DNA from: Eledone cirrhosa
Taxonomy: Eukaryota
Direction: 5' to 3'
Length of the DNA stretch: 64,000 nt
Assembly (NCBI GenBank): GCA_964016885.1
Contig: OZ024741.1
Span: 201,810,001 to 201,874,000, forward strand
Part shown: positions 11,345 to 24,505 of the stretch, in pieces
Position numbering within the stretch: the first letter of the stretch is position 1
Layout of the letters: each line of letters opens with the position of its first letter
Translations under genes and position numbers: made by a program
Notes under the pieces: generated by a model
The model's database searches: none
What the model saw: only the letters and a program-made list of their open reading frames with translations
What the model was told of the DNA's origin: nothing

Positions 11345-12824
11345 TTGGGGAGGGTCATATTTGTGTAATATTGCCAGAATTAATAACAGAACACACTCAC
11401 TGTTTGGTTGGTTTTCGCTTCTCGCTTCTGTGTCTTTTATATCGGTAATCTATCTTACTCGGTCCTCAATGTTGCCATTGACTGACCGACGGTCAAAAAT
11501 AATACAGATACAATATAGACACAAACACATATATATAGTTTATCATAAATCTTTCGTTGCACATCTGCAACATCGTCAGTGGTGTTATATTTTCCTCCTG
11601 TTGTATTGTATGTCTACGCCATTTTTATTCAGTCTGTCTATATATTTATTTATTTAATTGCTTGTTTGTTTATTTTATTTTGTCTTCTTTGCGCATGCGT
11701 TTGCGTGTGTGTATAGTGTTTTGTTTGCTGTGTGATGGGTGACTAGTGTGTGTTTATGTGCTTGTTGTTATTGTGCTTGTGTATGTATTTATTTATTTAT
11801 TTATTTATTTTATTTTATTTACTTATTTATACTTCTCTTAGGTCAGTGTTGTTTGTTTGGGTGTTGTTGTTATTCCATTCATTCTTTTTGTTTAGCCTTG
11901 GTCTTCTAATTTCTATCTCACTGGCCTCTCTGATTTGCCTATCTGCTGCGTCATTTCTATGTTTAGATATTATTCTAATTTCTATGTTGTCTATGTTACC
12001 GTCATGTTGTTGTCTAGCATGTTCGTATAGTACTGACCCGTTTTTTCGTCCTTTTAGTTCCCCCCAATGTTGGTCTATTCTTTCACCTATGCTACGAGCT
12101 GTCTCACCTATGTATGTTGTTGTCATGTTTCTGCAAGTACCCTCTGTACATCTTATGCTATAGACTACGTTTCTAGTTTTACAGTTTATTCAGGGGTTCA
12201 CCTTACATATGATACATTTCCTATTGGTACAGTGGGTTTTCTTAAAAGGGTAGGTTTTGCTGATCAGGGATTTTATGGTGGTTCCTGGCTTTTCTACCAC
12301 CTTTATTTTTAAGTGGGTCTTTCTCAGGGCCTTTCTACACTGGTTAGCTAATTTCCCTCCAGGGGTAGCGTCCACAAACATGAGACTCTGGTATCTCTGG
12401 TGGCTTTCCCTATCTTATGTCTAGCCCTATCTAAGCTATTCCATGATTTGCTCCTGTATAATGGGCAAATTCCTTTCATGTCCAGTTCTATGAGGGTCTT
12501 ATACTTTTCCATGGCTCCTTCGTATACTCTGACTCTGTCTCTTTGGTTGTAGCCAGAGAACTGCATGCGGTTGATGAAGTGTTGGATGTGTCTTTCCATT
12601 TCTGTTGGGTCGCACATGCGGGACACATTCTTCATCACTCGTACCAAATCAGCGATCAGAATATTAAACTTAGCACTACTGAGTTTTTGAGTGTCAGGTA
12701 TTTGGTGGCCATGGGTTTAGCATAGTGTGGTGGAGAATTTGGGCTCTCTCGTCTATAGTGTTAATCCAGAGTTCTGTGTCTAATACAGGTAGTCTATTGT
12801 TAGGGTGTTTGGAAGGGAAGTCGA
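11345..12824 (-). mobile_element. Penelope-like element, 3' fragment (RT thumb region, GIY-YIG, 3' region)
   Basis: DFPSKHPNNRLPVLD, FVDATPGG, CTNRKCIIC, TYIGETARSIGERIDQH, RQIREA; frameshifted. Partial hammerhead core (CTGACGA-T-GTTGCA..TGCAAC-GAAA) near 11551-11580. Confidence 0.88.
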
Positions 12825-12898
12825 TATATATATATATATATATGTATTATAAATATTATATATATATATAATATACATATATATATATATATATATAT

Positions 12899-13384
12899 CG
12901 AGACCTTTGGCGGTACTCAGTAACAGAGAAGACCCGCCTTACCTAAATACAAAGTAAAACCTACTAGTCGGTAGGCATCTCTAACAAAATACACCCCCGT
13001 CCCACCCCAACCGCACCGCCCCCTTCAATGCAAAGTTATGTTGGTGCCACAACATCCAGGCCGAAACAAATGAGATCGTGTAGGTGTCACGACAAAAAAA
13101 ACACAGTCCACGCTGTAATGTGGCCGTGTAGGCAACACGGTAAAAACCTCTCAGTCCCACACTGTAAATGTGGTTGGTGTTAGGAAGGGCATCCACCTGT
13201 AGAAAACACGCCAGACAGTCCACGCTGTAATGTGGGCGTGTAGGCAACACGGTAAAAACCCGCCAGATAGTCCTATGCGAGCAAGACAACCTCTTGCCTC
13301 AAGTGGGAAAACCCCCGTCCAAACACATGCAAGCGTGGAACAGGGACGTGGAACAGGGACGTTAAACGATGATGATGATGATGA

Positions 13385-13388
<4 letters not shown>
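12899..13388 (+). mobile_element. RTE LINE 3' end fragment
   Basis: Highly similar to 17609-18049; ends in a (GAT)n tail. Confidence 0.85.
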
Positions 13389-13427
<39 letters not shown>

Positions 13428-13430
13428 TAA

Positions 13431-13504
<74 letters not shown>

Positions 13505-13649
13505 TTATAACTATATATATATATTATAAATATATATATATATTATAAATATTATAAATATATATATATATTATATATATATAAATATATATATATATAT
13601 AAAGAACTGACTAACTGCCTGATGAGGTCATAGCCACACACACACACAC

Positions 13650-13912
13650 ACTGCAAAGTGGTTGTGGAGGTGCCACAGCAAAAAAAGCACCCAGCCCACA
13701 CTGTAAAGTGGATGTGTAGGTGCCACGGAAAAAAGCACCCCCCTCTCACTGTAAATGAGGTTGGTATTAAGAAGGGCATCCAGCTGTAGGAATCAAGCCA
13801 AAATCAGTCCCTGTATGAGCAAGACAAAGTCAGCCGACTGGACACTGCTCACAACAGGACAATCCGTCTAACCCATGCTAGCGTGGAAGAACGAACGTAA
13901 AATGATGATGAT
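13650..13912 (+). mobile_element. RTE-tailed SINE / RTE 3' UTR fragment
   Basis: aagggcatccagctgtag...aacccatgctagcgtggaa...gatgatgat, the same tail as the other RTE copies. Confidence 0.7.
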
Positions 13913-13946
13913 ATATATATAAATATTATATATATATATATAAATA

Positions 13947-13991
<45 letters not shown>

Positions 13992-14540
13992 CGATTGGTA
14001 GCTGCTACACTGCAGCTACAACTTCGTATTAAGAGAGGGGCTAAGACATGGGAGGAATTTGAGGAATAAGTGGGAATTGGACTTCTGATCATCAAACAAA
14101 ATATTCTGGCAGACCATCTGCTGATTTTGTAATAAAGAGTCCTTCTCCACACCTGCTCCGCAGAGAGGAGAGTCCTTGATTGGTCAGTAACGAATAAAAG
14201 TTACTGTCCTCCTCCTACAGATCAACTCAATAAATAAGTTAACTGGGAGGAAACATAGTGATAATCACTGAGGATGTCACAGAAATGTGTGACGAAAGAA
14301 CTTTAAGAAATTACATTTATATTTATAGTTTTAATTTGGCCAATCAATGATAAACATTGATTGCCAGGTAATTATTTATAAAAATAAAAAAAGAAGTACT
14401 GAAACTGAACTGAAAACCAAACCAAACAATGAATGCGTTTTATTATTTTTTGGCAATATTTGGACATCACCCTCACTAAATATAACAATATCTGTTTCAA
14501 CACACGATTTCATATAAAAAACCTTGCAAAACAATATATA

Positions 14541-16508
14541 AGAGCGAAGCTAGACGTCAGGTGTACTTAGCATGCAGGGAAGCAGAGAGTAGGAGGTTTG
14601 CCAATGTTCTACGATGGGAAGATCAGAGACGTGTGGTGTTCCACATTGCAAGGCAATGTGTCAGTGCAAATCAGGATGTTGTTGGCGATAAGTGTGTCCG
14701 GAATGATCAAAAGAAGGAGGCCTGTAAATGTCATTATGAGAGACTGATGAATGTAGAGAACGAATGGGACAGAGAGGAATTACCCCCAGTAGACCCGACA
14801 GAGGGACCAGCTATTGAGATTGATGAATATAGGGTACAAGAGGAAATTAAGGAAATGAAGAATGGTAAGGCTGCTGGACCGTCGGGGATAATTGCTGAGA
14901 TGCTGAAGGCATCAGAAGTAGGCACTAAACTAGTTGTACGCATCATTAATCAAGTTATATATGGTGGTGTCATACCCAAAGACTGGTGCAGCAGTATTCT
15001 CATAAATTGCTACAAAGGTAAAGTGGATGCTCTAGAGAGGAGCAATTATAGGGGCATAAAGCTGATGGATCAGGTTATGAAAGTGGCAGAGAGAATATTA
15101 GTGCAACTGATTAGAGAAAGGGTCAATTTAGATGAGATGCAGTTGGTTTTGTGCCTCGGAAAAGTACAACAGATGCCCTCTTCTTAGTGAGGCAACTACA
15201 AGAGAGGTTCTTAGAGAAGAATAAGCCACTATACTTAGCTTTTGTTGACCTAGAGAAGGCCTTTGATAGGGTACCCCTATCTGTCATCTGGTGGTCCCTA
15301 TGGAAACTAGGTGTAGAGGAATGGCTTATGAGGACAGTGCAAGCTATTTACAGGGGTACTGTCAGTAAAGTGAGAATAGGAATGGAGTTTAGTGAGGAAT
15401 TTCAGATACAAGTAGGTGTACATCAAGGTTCGGTCCTAAGCCCACTCTTGTTCATTATTGTCCTCCAAGCCACAACAGAGGAGTTTAAGACTGGATTCCC
15501 GTGGGAACTTCTCTATGCTGATGATCTGGTTCTTATAGCAGAATCGGTAGAGGAACTAGAGAATAAATTCTGGCTATGGAAACAGCAGTTCGAATCAAGA
15601 GTCCTGAGAGTGAACATAGCTAAAACAAAAGTGTTGATAAGTAGAAGAGAGGACAATACTCTGATTCCATCAGGGAAACGGCCATGTTCGATATGTAGGA
15701 AAGGAACTGGCATACATTCCATAAAATGTATGCAATGCAGATCATGGGTACACAAGAGATGTAGTGGGATAGCAGGAAAACTAACAGGTAGGGAAAACTA
15801 CTTATGCAGTAGATCTACAGGGAAAGTTGGCAGTAGTAATCGCTGTGATAGACACATTTTTCCAATGCAGGTGGGTTCTATAGAAGTGGTTGATAGCTTC
15901 TGGTACCTAGATGAACAGATTAGAATGGGAGGGGGATGGGAGTGTTCCGAAGCCATAGTATCTAGAATAAGGACGGGTTGGAAGAAGTTTAGGGAGCTGC
16001 TGCCTCTGTTACAAAGAAGGGTTTCTCCCTGCATACGAAATGACAGTTATATGATGCCTGTGTGAGATGCACGATGCTGTATGGTAGTGAGACATGGGCA
16101 GCAACTGCAGAAGATATGCGATGGCTGGAGAGAAATGAAGCAAGTATGCGCCATTGGATGTGCAATGTCAATGTGCGTGAATGACCAAGCATAGACGAGT
16201 TGAGAAAGAAACTGGGTATAAGAGGGATAAGTTGTGGTGTGCAGGAGAGAAGACTGAGATGGTATGAACATGTGATGTGCATGGAGGATGACCGCTGGGT
16301 AAAGAAGTGCCAGGAAGTCCCAGTGGAGGGAAGACTCAGTAGAGGTAGACCACGAAAAACATGGGTGGAGGTGGTGAGAGCAGATCTCAGATCGCTGAAA
16401 CTCACCGAGGAGATGACGAAGGACCGTGACAAGTGGAGAGATGATGTGCTGAATAAGACCCGCCCAACCCTTGCAAGCAGGGGAAAGCGGGCGTAAAATG
16501 ATGATGAT

Positions 16509-16510
<2 letters not shown>
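14541..16510 (+). mobile_element. RTE-clade LINE, 5'-truncated, frameshifted RT
   Basis: KAAGPSG, NYRGIKL, FVDLEKAFDRV, GVHQGSVLSPLLF, LLYADDL, RLRWYEHV, RGRPRKTW; (GAT)n tail. Confidence 0.95.
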
Positions 16511-16541
<31 letters not shown>

Positions 16542-16603
16542 TATTCAAAATGTTAACAAATGAAAAATATTCGCATAATCAAAATATATACTTTATTATA
16601 TAT

Positions 16604-18049
16604 TGTTCATCAGGGCTCTGTTCTTAGCCCCCTACTATTTATTATTGCCCTCCAGGCTATAACAGTGGAGTTCAAGACCGGCTGTCCATGGGAACTCCTA
16701 TACGCAGACGATCTAACGCTCATAGCTGAATCAATGGCCGAGCTAGAGAAGAAATTCCAAACATGGAAGCACGGCCTAGAATCAAAAGGCCTTAAAATTA
16801 ACCTGGCTAAGACTAAAGTTCTAGTTTGTAAGAAAGAAAATAAGGCGGCGGCCCCTCCGGGAAGTGGCCATGCGCAGAGTGTAGGAAAGGCGTAGGTAGA
16901 AACTCCATTTTGTGTCCCAAATGCAAAGTATGGGTGCATAAAAGATGTAGTGGGATCACAGGTAAGCTAACTAAGAACACAGATTTTACATGTGGCCGGT
17001 GTTCTGGTGCAATAAGTAGCAGCAAGTGCCCACAAAATACTAGCTCTTTCACCTGCGCAGAGGGTTCTATAGAAATAGTGGACAGCTTCCGTTACCTGGG
17101 TGACAAAATAAGCAGTGGGGGAGGGTGCTCTGAAAGTACAGTAGCTAGAGTCAGAACTGGGTAGAAAAAGTTCAGAGAGCTTATACCACTATTAGCCGCT
17201 AAAGGGTTCTCCCTAAAAATGAAAGGCAGGTTGTACGAGGCCTGCATACAAACAGCAATGTTGCATGGCAGTGAGACCTGGGCATTGTGTGCAGAGGATA
17301 TACGCAGACTAGAGAGAAACGAAGCTTGCATGCTCCGCTGGATGTGTAATAGTAATATACGTGAACGACAAAGCATAAACGAACTAAGGAAAAAATTAGA
17401 AATAAGAGGGATCAGATGTTGTTTACTAGAGAGAAGGCTACGTTGGTATGGTCACGTGATGCGCATGAAGGACGATAGCTGTATAACAAAGTGCAGGGCA
17501 ATAAAGATAGACGGTAGCCACGGAATAGGCAGACCCAGAAAAACCTGGGACGAGCTGATAAACTCCGACCTCACACACTTACACCTCACCAAGACAATGT
17601 CACTGGACCGAGACCTTTGGCGGTACTCAGTAATAGAGAAGACCCGCCTTACCTAAACACAAAGTAAAACCTACTAGTCAGTAGGCATCTCTAACAAAAT
17701 ACACCCCCGTCCCACCACCCCACCCCATCCACACCGCCCCCTTCTATGTAAAGTTATGTTGGTGCCACACCATCCAGGCCGAAACAAATGAGATCGTGTA
17801 GGTGTCACGACAAAAAAACACACAGTCCACGCTGTAATGTGGCCGTGTAAGCAACACGGTAAAAACCTCCCAGACCCACACTGTAAATGTGGTTGGTGTT
17901 AGGAAGGGCATCCAACTGTAGAAAACCTGCCAGACAGTCCTATGCGAGCAAGACAATCACTCTTGCCTCAAGTGGGAAAACCCCCGTCCAAACCCATGCA
18001 AGCGTGGAACACGGACGTTAAACGTTGATGATGATGATGATGATGATGA
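16604..18049 (+). mobile_element. RTE-clade LINE, 5'-truncated, with PHD-type finger and 3' UTR
   Basis: HQGSVLSPLLF, LLYADDL, CAEC..CPKC..HKRC..CGRC, RLRWYGHV, GRPRKTW; (GAT)n tail. Confidence 0.95.
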
Positions 18050-18251
18050 TTTCACAGGTACTGTGCTGTTTTTTTCAGTACGTCCTCATCAGACAAAATA
18101 TATGATTTGATATATGCTACGGTCTTGATTATTCAATTCCCGTATTGGCAGTTTATTATTCAATTCCCGTACTTGATTATTCAATTCCCGTACTGCCAAT
18201 ACGGGAATTGAATAATCAAGACCGTAGCGGTATGTCATATATCAAATCATA

Positions 18252-18318
18252 TAGTTTGTCTGATGAGGACGTACTGAAAAAAACAGCACAGTACCTTTGA
18301 AATATATATAATAGAGTA
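18252..18318 (+). ncRNA. Type I hammerhead ribozyme
   Basis: TAGTTTGT-CTGATGA-GGA C GTACTG..CAGTAC C TTT-GAA-ATATATAT-A^-ATAGAGTA. Confidence 0.75.
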
Positions 18319-18528
18319 TATATTTTGATTATGTGAATATTTTTTACTTGTTAACATTTTGAATAATATTAAAAACTCCAGGAAAACCTAGTGTTGAGTG
18401 CTTCTAATCTATTGTAAAACTGTATTCGTTGAGTAATCAACAAACCATATTAATCTTTGGTCATATGTATATATATATATATATTACTTCAAAATATTAA
18501 TAAATATAGACATTCATGTGATCAAATA

Positions 18529-18594
18529 TATTTTATTATATATATTTCAGAGGTACTGAGCTGTTTCATCAGTACGTCCTCATCAGATAAAATA
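18529..18594 (-). ncRNA. Type I hammerhead ribozyme
   Basis: Minus strand: TATTTTAT-CTGATGA-GGA C GTACTG..CAGTAC C TCT-GAA-ATATATAT-A^-ATAAAATA; perfect 8-bp stem I. Confidence 0.85.
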
Positions 18595-18729
18595 AATTTA
18601 TGTCTGACGTACCTCAACTGTGCTGATGGTTCAATTCCAGTTTTGGAATATATATTTTGTGTATATATATATACACACACACATATATATGTGTGCTACA
18701 CACAAATACTTGGGGAGCAAGCATGCCTG

Positions 18730-18980
18730 CATGCTTGGTCCCCAGGTATTCGTGTGTGGCTTTCAGGTGGAGTTTGGAGAATGCAGATGGTGTACTTCTG
18801 GTTCAACCAGGCCTCAGTCAGGACAGGATTGATGCAGAGCTAGGAATTCAATTTTGTCTTAGCTCACATTGATAACCTCGGACTTGATCTCCAATCCTAG
18901 GTACCTTAGGGCAGGGATGACCCACTGGAGGTCCTCAGCAACAGATTCTATCAAGACTGCTAGAGTCGCATCATCCATGT
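18730..18980 (-). mobile_element. Decayed CRE-like non-LTR RT fragment
   Basis: MDDATLAVLIESVAEDLQWVIPALRYLGLEI resembles the YxDD...GLxxN region of RLE-type RTs. Confidence 0.5.
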
Positions 18981-19243
18981 TTCTATTTCGGAGGAAGTGT
19001 GATGTGTAACATCCCGTCAAATGCCAGATTACTATAGTGAAGGCCAACAGAAAGAAAGCAAAGTGATCTGAAGAAAGTGAAGAAGCTCGACAGATCCCCT
19101 CTAGTTGCTAACTTGAGGCAGACAACCCCTTGGTACGACCACAGGAATTGGTAGCAGAAAGAGATTTGGATGAAAAAGCACACTAAGCTAATATATGAAT
19201 TTCATACATTAAGATGGAAGGAATTGGACACACTCAATAAAAT

Positions 19244-19819
19244 TTAATCCTTTTATATATAAACCGGCCGTAACCGGCCAGAATTCTCTCATCTCTTTCT
19301 GTTCAAACCAGCTGTAACCAGCCCTGCATACTGATGTTAAGGTATTGTTCACAAAATAAATAACATGAAAATCTCATAGATTCGATATTATGTGAGATAA
19401 AGCCTTTACTGTGAAAATACAATAGTATATATAGAGTAATGTAAATGTTATGTAAGATATTATGTGAGGTAAAGCCTTTACTGTGAAAATACAATAGTAT
19501 ATATAGAGTAATGTAAATGTTATGTAAGATATTATGTGAGGTAAAGCCTTTACTGTGAAAATACAATAGTATATATAGAGTAATGTAAATGTTATGTGAG
19601 ATATTATGTGAGGTAAAGCCTTTACTGTGAAAATACAATAGTATATATAGAGTAATGTAAATATTATGTGAGATATTATATGAGGTAAAGCCTTTACTGT
19701 AAAAATACAATAGTATATATAGAGTAATGTAAATGTTATGTGAGATATTAAATGAGGTAAAGCCTTTACTGTGAAAATACAATAGTATATATAGAGCAAT
19801 GTAAATACTAAAGGGTTAA
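19244..19819. mobile_element. piggyBac-like MITE containing a 72-bp tandem array
   Basis: Ends ttaa-tcctttt... and ...aatactaaaggg-ttaa; a related copy with a single partial unit lies at about 40775-40970. Confidence 0.55.
19385..19806. repeat. 72-bp minisatellite, about 6 copies
   Basis: Unit gatattatgtgaggtaaagcctttactgtgaaaatacaatagtatatatagagtaatgtaaatgttatgtaa. Confidence 0.95.
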
Positions 19820-20084
19820 TATAAATGTGTTAGTATTTTTGATTAATTAAAAGTTTTATAAGAATATTTACCTCAATCAAGGAAATGTTTTTTCTCAGTT
19901 CTTAGAAATGGCTTGTTGATTCACAGAAAACAGCAGCTAAAGAACTTCAGTTCATACAGGCAGAGAAATGAAAGCTTTCGTCAAGTGTCTCCTTTATATA
20001 ATAAACCAGGCCAGATATTTGATAAACTTTCTGGGTTAATCATTGGCTAAACCATTGATTAAGCCATATATATATATATGTGTA

Positions 20085-20125
<41 letters not shown>

Positions 20126-20169
20126 ATATATATATGTATATATATATGTATATATATATATGTATATAT

Positions 20170-20209
<40 letters not shown>

Positions 20210-20461
20210 AGAATAATGTACAAATGTCAAGAACTAGAATAGCGTATGAGTCATGATCCACAGACACACATCTCCTTCTGTCTTCTCCTCCTCCTCCTCC
20301 TGTCTTCTATACACACCCACCACATATTACATTGACAACGCAGGTTTCATATAATACTACCCTTGGTTATTATTTACCTATCACTGATTCGCAGAAAAAT
20401 CACCTGAGAATGGGGGGCAGGGTTTCTTAGAATCTGTCTTTTATCTAAGTTCATAGGTCAG

Positions 20462-20531
<70 letters not shown>

Positions 20532-20619
20532 GTATATATATATAATATAATGTATATAAATATAATGTATATATATATATATATATACATTATATATATT
20601 ATATATATAATATATACAT

Positions 20620-20775
<156 letters not shown>

Positions 20776-20876
20776 CATGAAACAAAGTTCTGTTTAAATC
20801 ATTTATCTGCTTACAATTGTTTCTTCCAAACCGAGGTTTGCGGTCTTCGGAGCAATTATTCAGTGATTTTTAACAT

Positions 20877-21309
20877 ACTTGACCTCCTTTTCAACACAAG
20901 AGACATATAGAAACATATGTATATATTGACCCACAGTGGGTTGACATCCATTATAATAATATAGCATGGTAATTTACATACAAAGATTACAGTCATATTA
21001 AAGGACAAAATTAAAGTTAAAATTAAAATTAAAATAAAACATTGGCAGTCTACTAAGATAAAGCAAAAGGAAAGTTTGGAGTAGCCAGTGTATGCAACAG
21101 TCACACGTGTGGCATGCATGCGTGTCCTATTTATACAAGATTATAGTGCGGCAGATTGTTACAAGTAAAACAAGCAGTCAAAGCAGGCAATTAAGAGCAT
21201 CATGGGGGCTGAACTGGTTAAGCATTATTCACACACACCTGTACGATATAGAAGCCCGTGTGTGGAGAAACACCAAAAATATCAAAAATATTACAAATGA
21301 GAAGCAAAA
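20877..21309. repeat. Left arm of about 433-bp inverted repeat (partner 24072-24505)
   Basis: Reverse complement is near-identical; the same spurious ORFs appear on opposite strands. Confidence 0.93.
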
Positions 21310-21449
21310 CAGCACCACTGTCCTCGTACACACCACCACTCTCACAATCCAGGAAACGCAATTTATAGACTACATGTCCATCTCACAATCCACGATGATT
21401 CAACATTGGGTGCCTGGTGAACCATGCTAGAACATCACAGCTTGTCGTT

Positions 21450-24075
21450 CTTTAATTCGATTCCATAGTGTAGGTTGTTTTTGTTGTGAGAGGTGACATC
21501 GTATTATATTCCGGAAGTGTGTGTGTGATTAAGGAGGGTTAATGCGTAAGGGGAGGTAACTAGCTGATTCCTATAGCTAAATTTATTATCCTAAAGTACA
21601 TTAATGGTGTTTCAAATGAGTTCTCATCATATAAGGTTATAATCAATTACTAAATTTACGTATCTTATCTATAAATTACAGTGTAGTCTATCAAGAAGTA
21701 CTAAAGGTGTTCATATTAGGATGATTACCTTCTATCATAGAGTGCCCCCACCGAACATTCCACGTGAAGAGTCAGATCTCCAAATCAATGATCTTTGTAA
21801 GTGTAGTCCACCCGCAGGACCTGGCAGGGTCTTATTAGAACCACTTCTATATATGACTCCTGGTAAGTTCTGGGTCATTGCGTGACTGATTGCATGGCAA
21901 AGTTAAATATCACTAGGGTAGTCCAGAGATCAATTCTCACTTACAAAGACACTGATCTGACCATCAAGTCATACATGTATTTATAACTCATACATCACCT
22001 GTACATAATTCATTGCACTCAGCATATCGATTATATAGATCTTTTATGTTAATAAATTAATTACTTAATCTTCCATTTATCCAATGATGGCACTACATAC
22101 GCAGGACAATGTTAGCACAACCAATTCCGTGCTTAAAGTTTACATTGGTGTAATGCAGTCTAAGCAATTGAAGCCCAATATACCAAAAGTAGAAGTACAT
22201 GGGGGATATCTCCAAGGTGAAAGGTACTAGGAGGATGTCACTATTTGCGTTAAAGTGGATTAATGGGTGTGGAGATGAGGTGTAAGGTGTGCCCCTGATG
22301 ATTGCTGCTAGAGGTGGTGACGGGTTCAAGTCTGACATTGTTATATATTGGGTTTAAAGTTTTGGAAGGAGTGTCGGAAGCGGTGTTGGCAAGACGCGAA
22401 CACTTCTGATTTTTTATTAAGGAGGTTATGGTTTGAGAAGATGATAGTATGGGTCTCTAGTAGACAGAGGTTACAAAATTTATTAGGTGGTTTGTACGAT
22501 GACGCGTTACCTATCACTTCCCATTTAAGTGTATATGGTTTATTTTTAGTTTTTAGATAGTGTATGTAGCTAGATAGTGAAGTGGAGTTGGCTAGACTGT
22601 GTTTTTTGAAAGAGTGGAGGTGCGAATTGTATCTGGTTTTGAAGCAGTTTGAAGTAGAGCCTATATAGGTTTCAGAAGAGTTGCTAGTTGTGACTGTGCA
22701 TGAGTATATGATATCCTTGGTTAAGCATTTTTTATCTAAAGGGCAGGTTCTATTTGATCTACAGTTACAATTATTTTGGGTGTTAGTCTGCCGGTTATTA
22801 TGTTGTGTAGAAGTCTGGATGGTAGCTATAGGGTTATGGTTATGTGGGTTGACGTTCCCAGCGTTATTGTTTACACTAGTGTTATTACTATTATTTCTAT
22901 TGATATTAGGGTTAGTTGCTATAATGTTATTTTGAAGGTTTATCGTCTGTTGTGATTTAGTTTGCTGGAAGTAAGAATTAATTTTTCTTTTATTGCTACT
23001 AGCTATGTGGTATGCTATGTTAGGCGTAGTAGAGTAGGAGTGTTTAATAGTGTTTAATAGTGTTTTTGTTTAAAAGGCTATGGTACTTATGGCCGGATGG
23101 GAAGTTTTTATCTAGTAGTGAGAAGAAAGCCCTAGGTAGGTTGGTAGAGACGTTTAGATTGAAAGGAGGGTTGAAAAATGTATTATTTCTTCTTCTATTT
23201 TTGTTTTTTATGTCTGGTGAGTTGTTTCCTTTTATGGTACTATTGTAATTTCTGTGGTGTGGGTTACTTTTGTTTGCATCTTCCGTATTAGTGTGTGTGT
23301 GGTTGCTATTCCTATTACTAAATTTCCTCATGGACATGTTGTGCGAAATAATGTTGTAGCTATGTGTTTTTGTAGGTAGGAACTCGATCTCTATATTATG
23401 GCCTGATCTAGCTAATGCCTGATTATAATATTGCGAGTTTTTGCTAAATATGTTTACGTCATAGGATAGATTAGAGATTCTATTAGATACTCCCTTAGAG
23501 ATAGAGTTTAATATAGATCTAGGGTGGTTAGACTTGGTATCTACGTAAATGAGTTTTTCATTAGGTTTGTGGAAAGGTGCATATATCTTTGAGTCTAGGT
23601 AGAGGGTGGCGTCCAGGAAGTTAACGTTTTTAGTGTTTTTGTCCATGGTAATACTAAGGTTATAGTTTTTGAATGTCTTGTGCAATAGTTTTCTAGTTCT
23701 TTCTATATTGAATTTTTTATAATCTATAAGTAGAAGTGCATCATCGCGGTACAAACCACCGTTGAGGTATGGAAGGTCCTTATGGATTTCGTTAAGTAAA
23801 TATAGGCCGACTAAATCAGTGACCTGCGCTGAGTCACTAGATCCCATGGTTATGTCGAAGTTGTTTTGCGTATCCTTGCGGGTCCATAATTGGTCATCAA
23901 AGGTGATTACTGTTTTACGGGCCGCAAGTATGACATCAATCTGGGGTCTAGTCAGGTCACTATTGTCCATGGCCATGATAAGTGCCTTATTTAATAGGAT
24001 AGGGGAAATAGAGGTGTAGTATGAATTGATATCAAATTGAATAAATTTTTTATCCTTGCTATCCTTGATATTTTT
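21450..24075 (-). mobile_element. Penelope-like element, 5'-truncated (RT, GIY-YIG, 3' region)
   Basis: FDINSYYTSI, MGSSDSAQVTDLVG, LYRDDAL, NFLDATL, FFNPPF; frameshift near 23044; IIYSCTV..TYIGSTSNCFKTRYNSH near 22620-22715. The 3' boundary is approximate. Confidence 0.9.
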
Positions 24076-24505
24076 GCTTCTCATTTGTAATATTTTTGAT
24101 ATTTTTGGTGTTTCTCCACACACGGGCTTCTATATCGTACAGGTGTGTGTGAATAAGGCTTAACCAGTTCAGCCCCCCATGATGCTCTTAATTGCCTGCT
24201 TTGACTGCTTGTTTTACTTGTAACAATCTGCCGCACTATAATCTTGTATAAATAGGACACGTGTGCATGACACACGTGTGACTGTTGCATACAGTGGCTA
24301 CTCCAAACTTTCCTTTTGCTTTATCTTAGTAGACTACCAATGTTTTATTTTAATTTTAATTTTAACTTTAATTTTGTCCTTTAATATGACTGTAATCTTT
24401 GTATGTAAATTACCATGCTATATTATTATAATGGATGTCAACCCACTGTGGGTCAATATATACATATGTTTCTATATGTCTCTTGTGTTGAAAAGGAGGT
24501 CAAGT
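24072..24505. repeat. Right arm of about 433-bp inverted repeat
   Basis: Reverse complement of 20877-21309. Confidence 0.93.
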
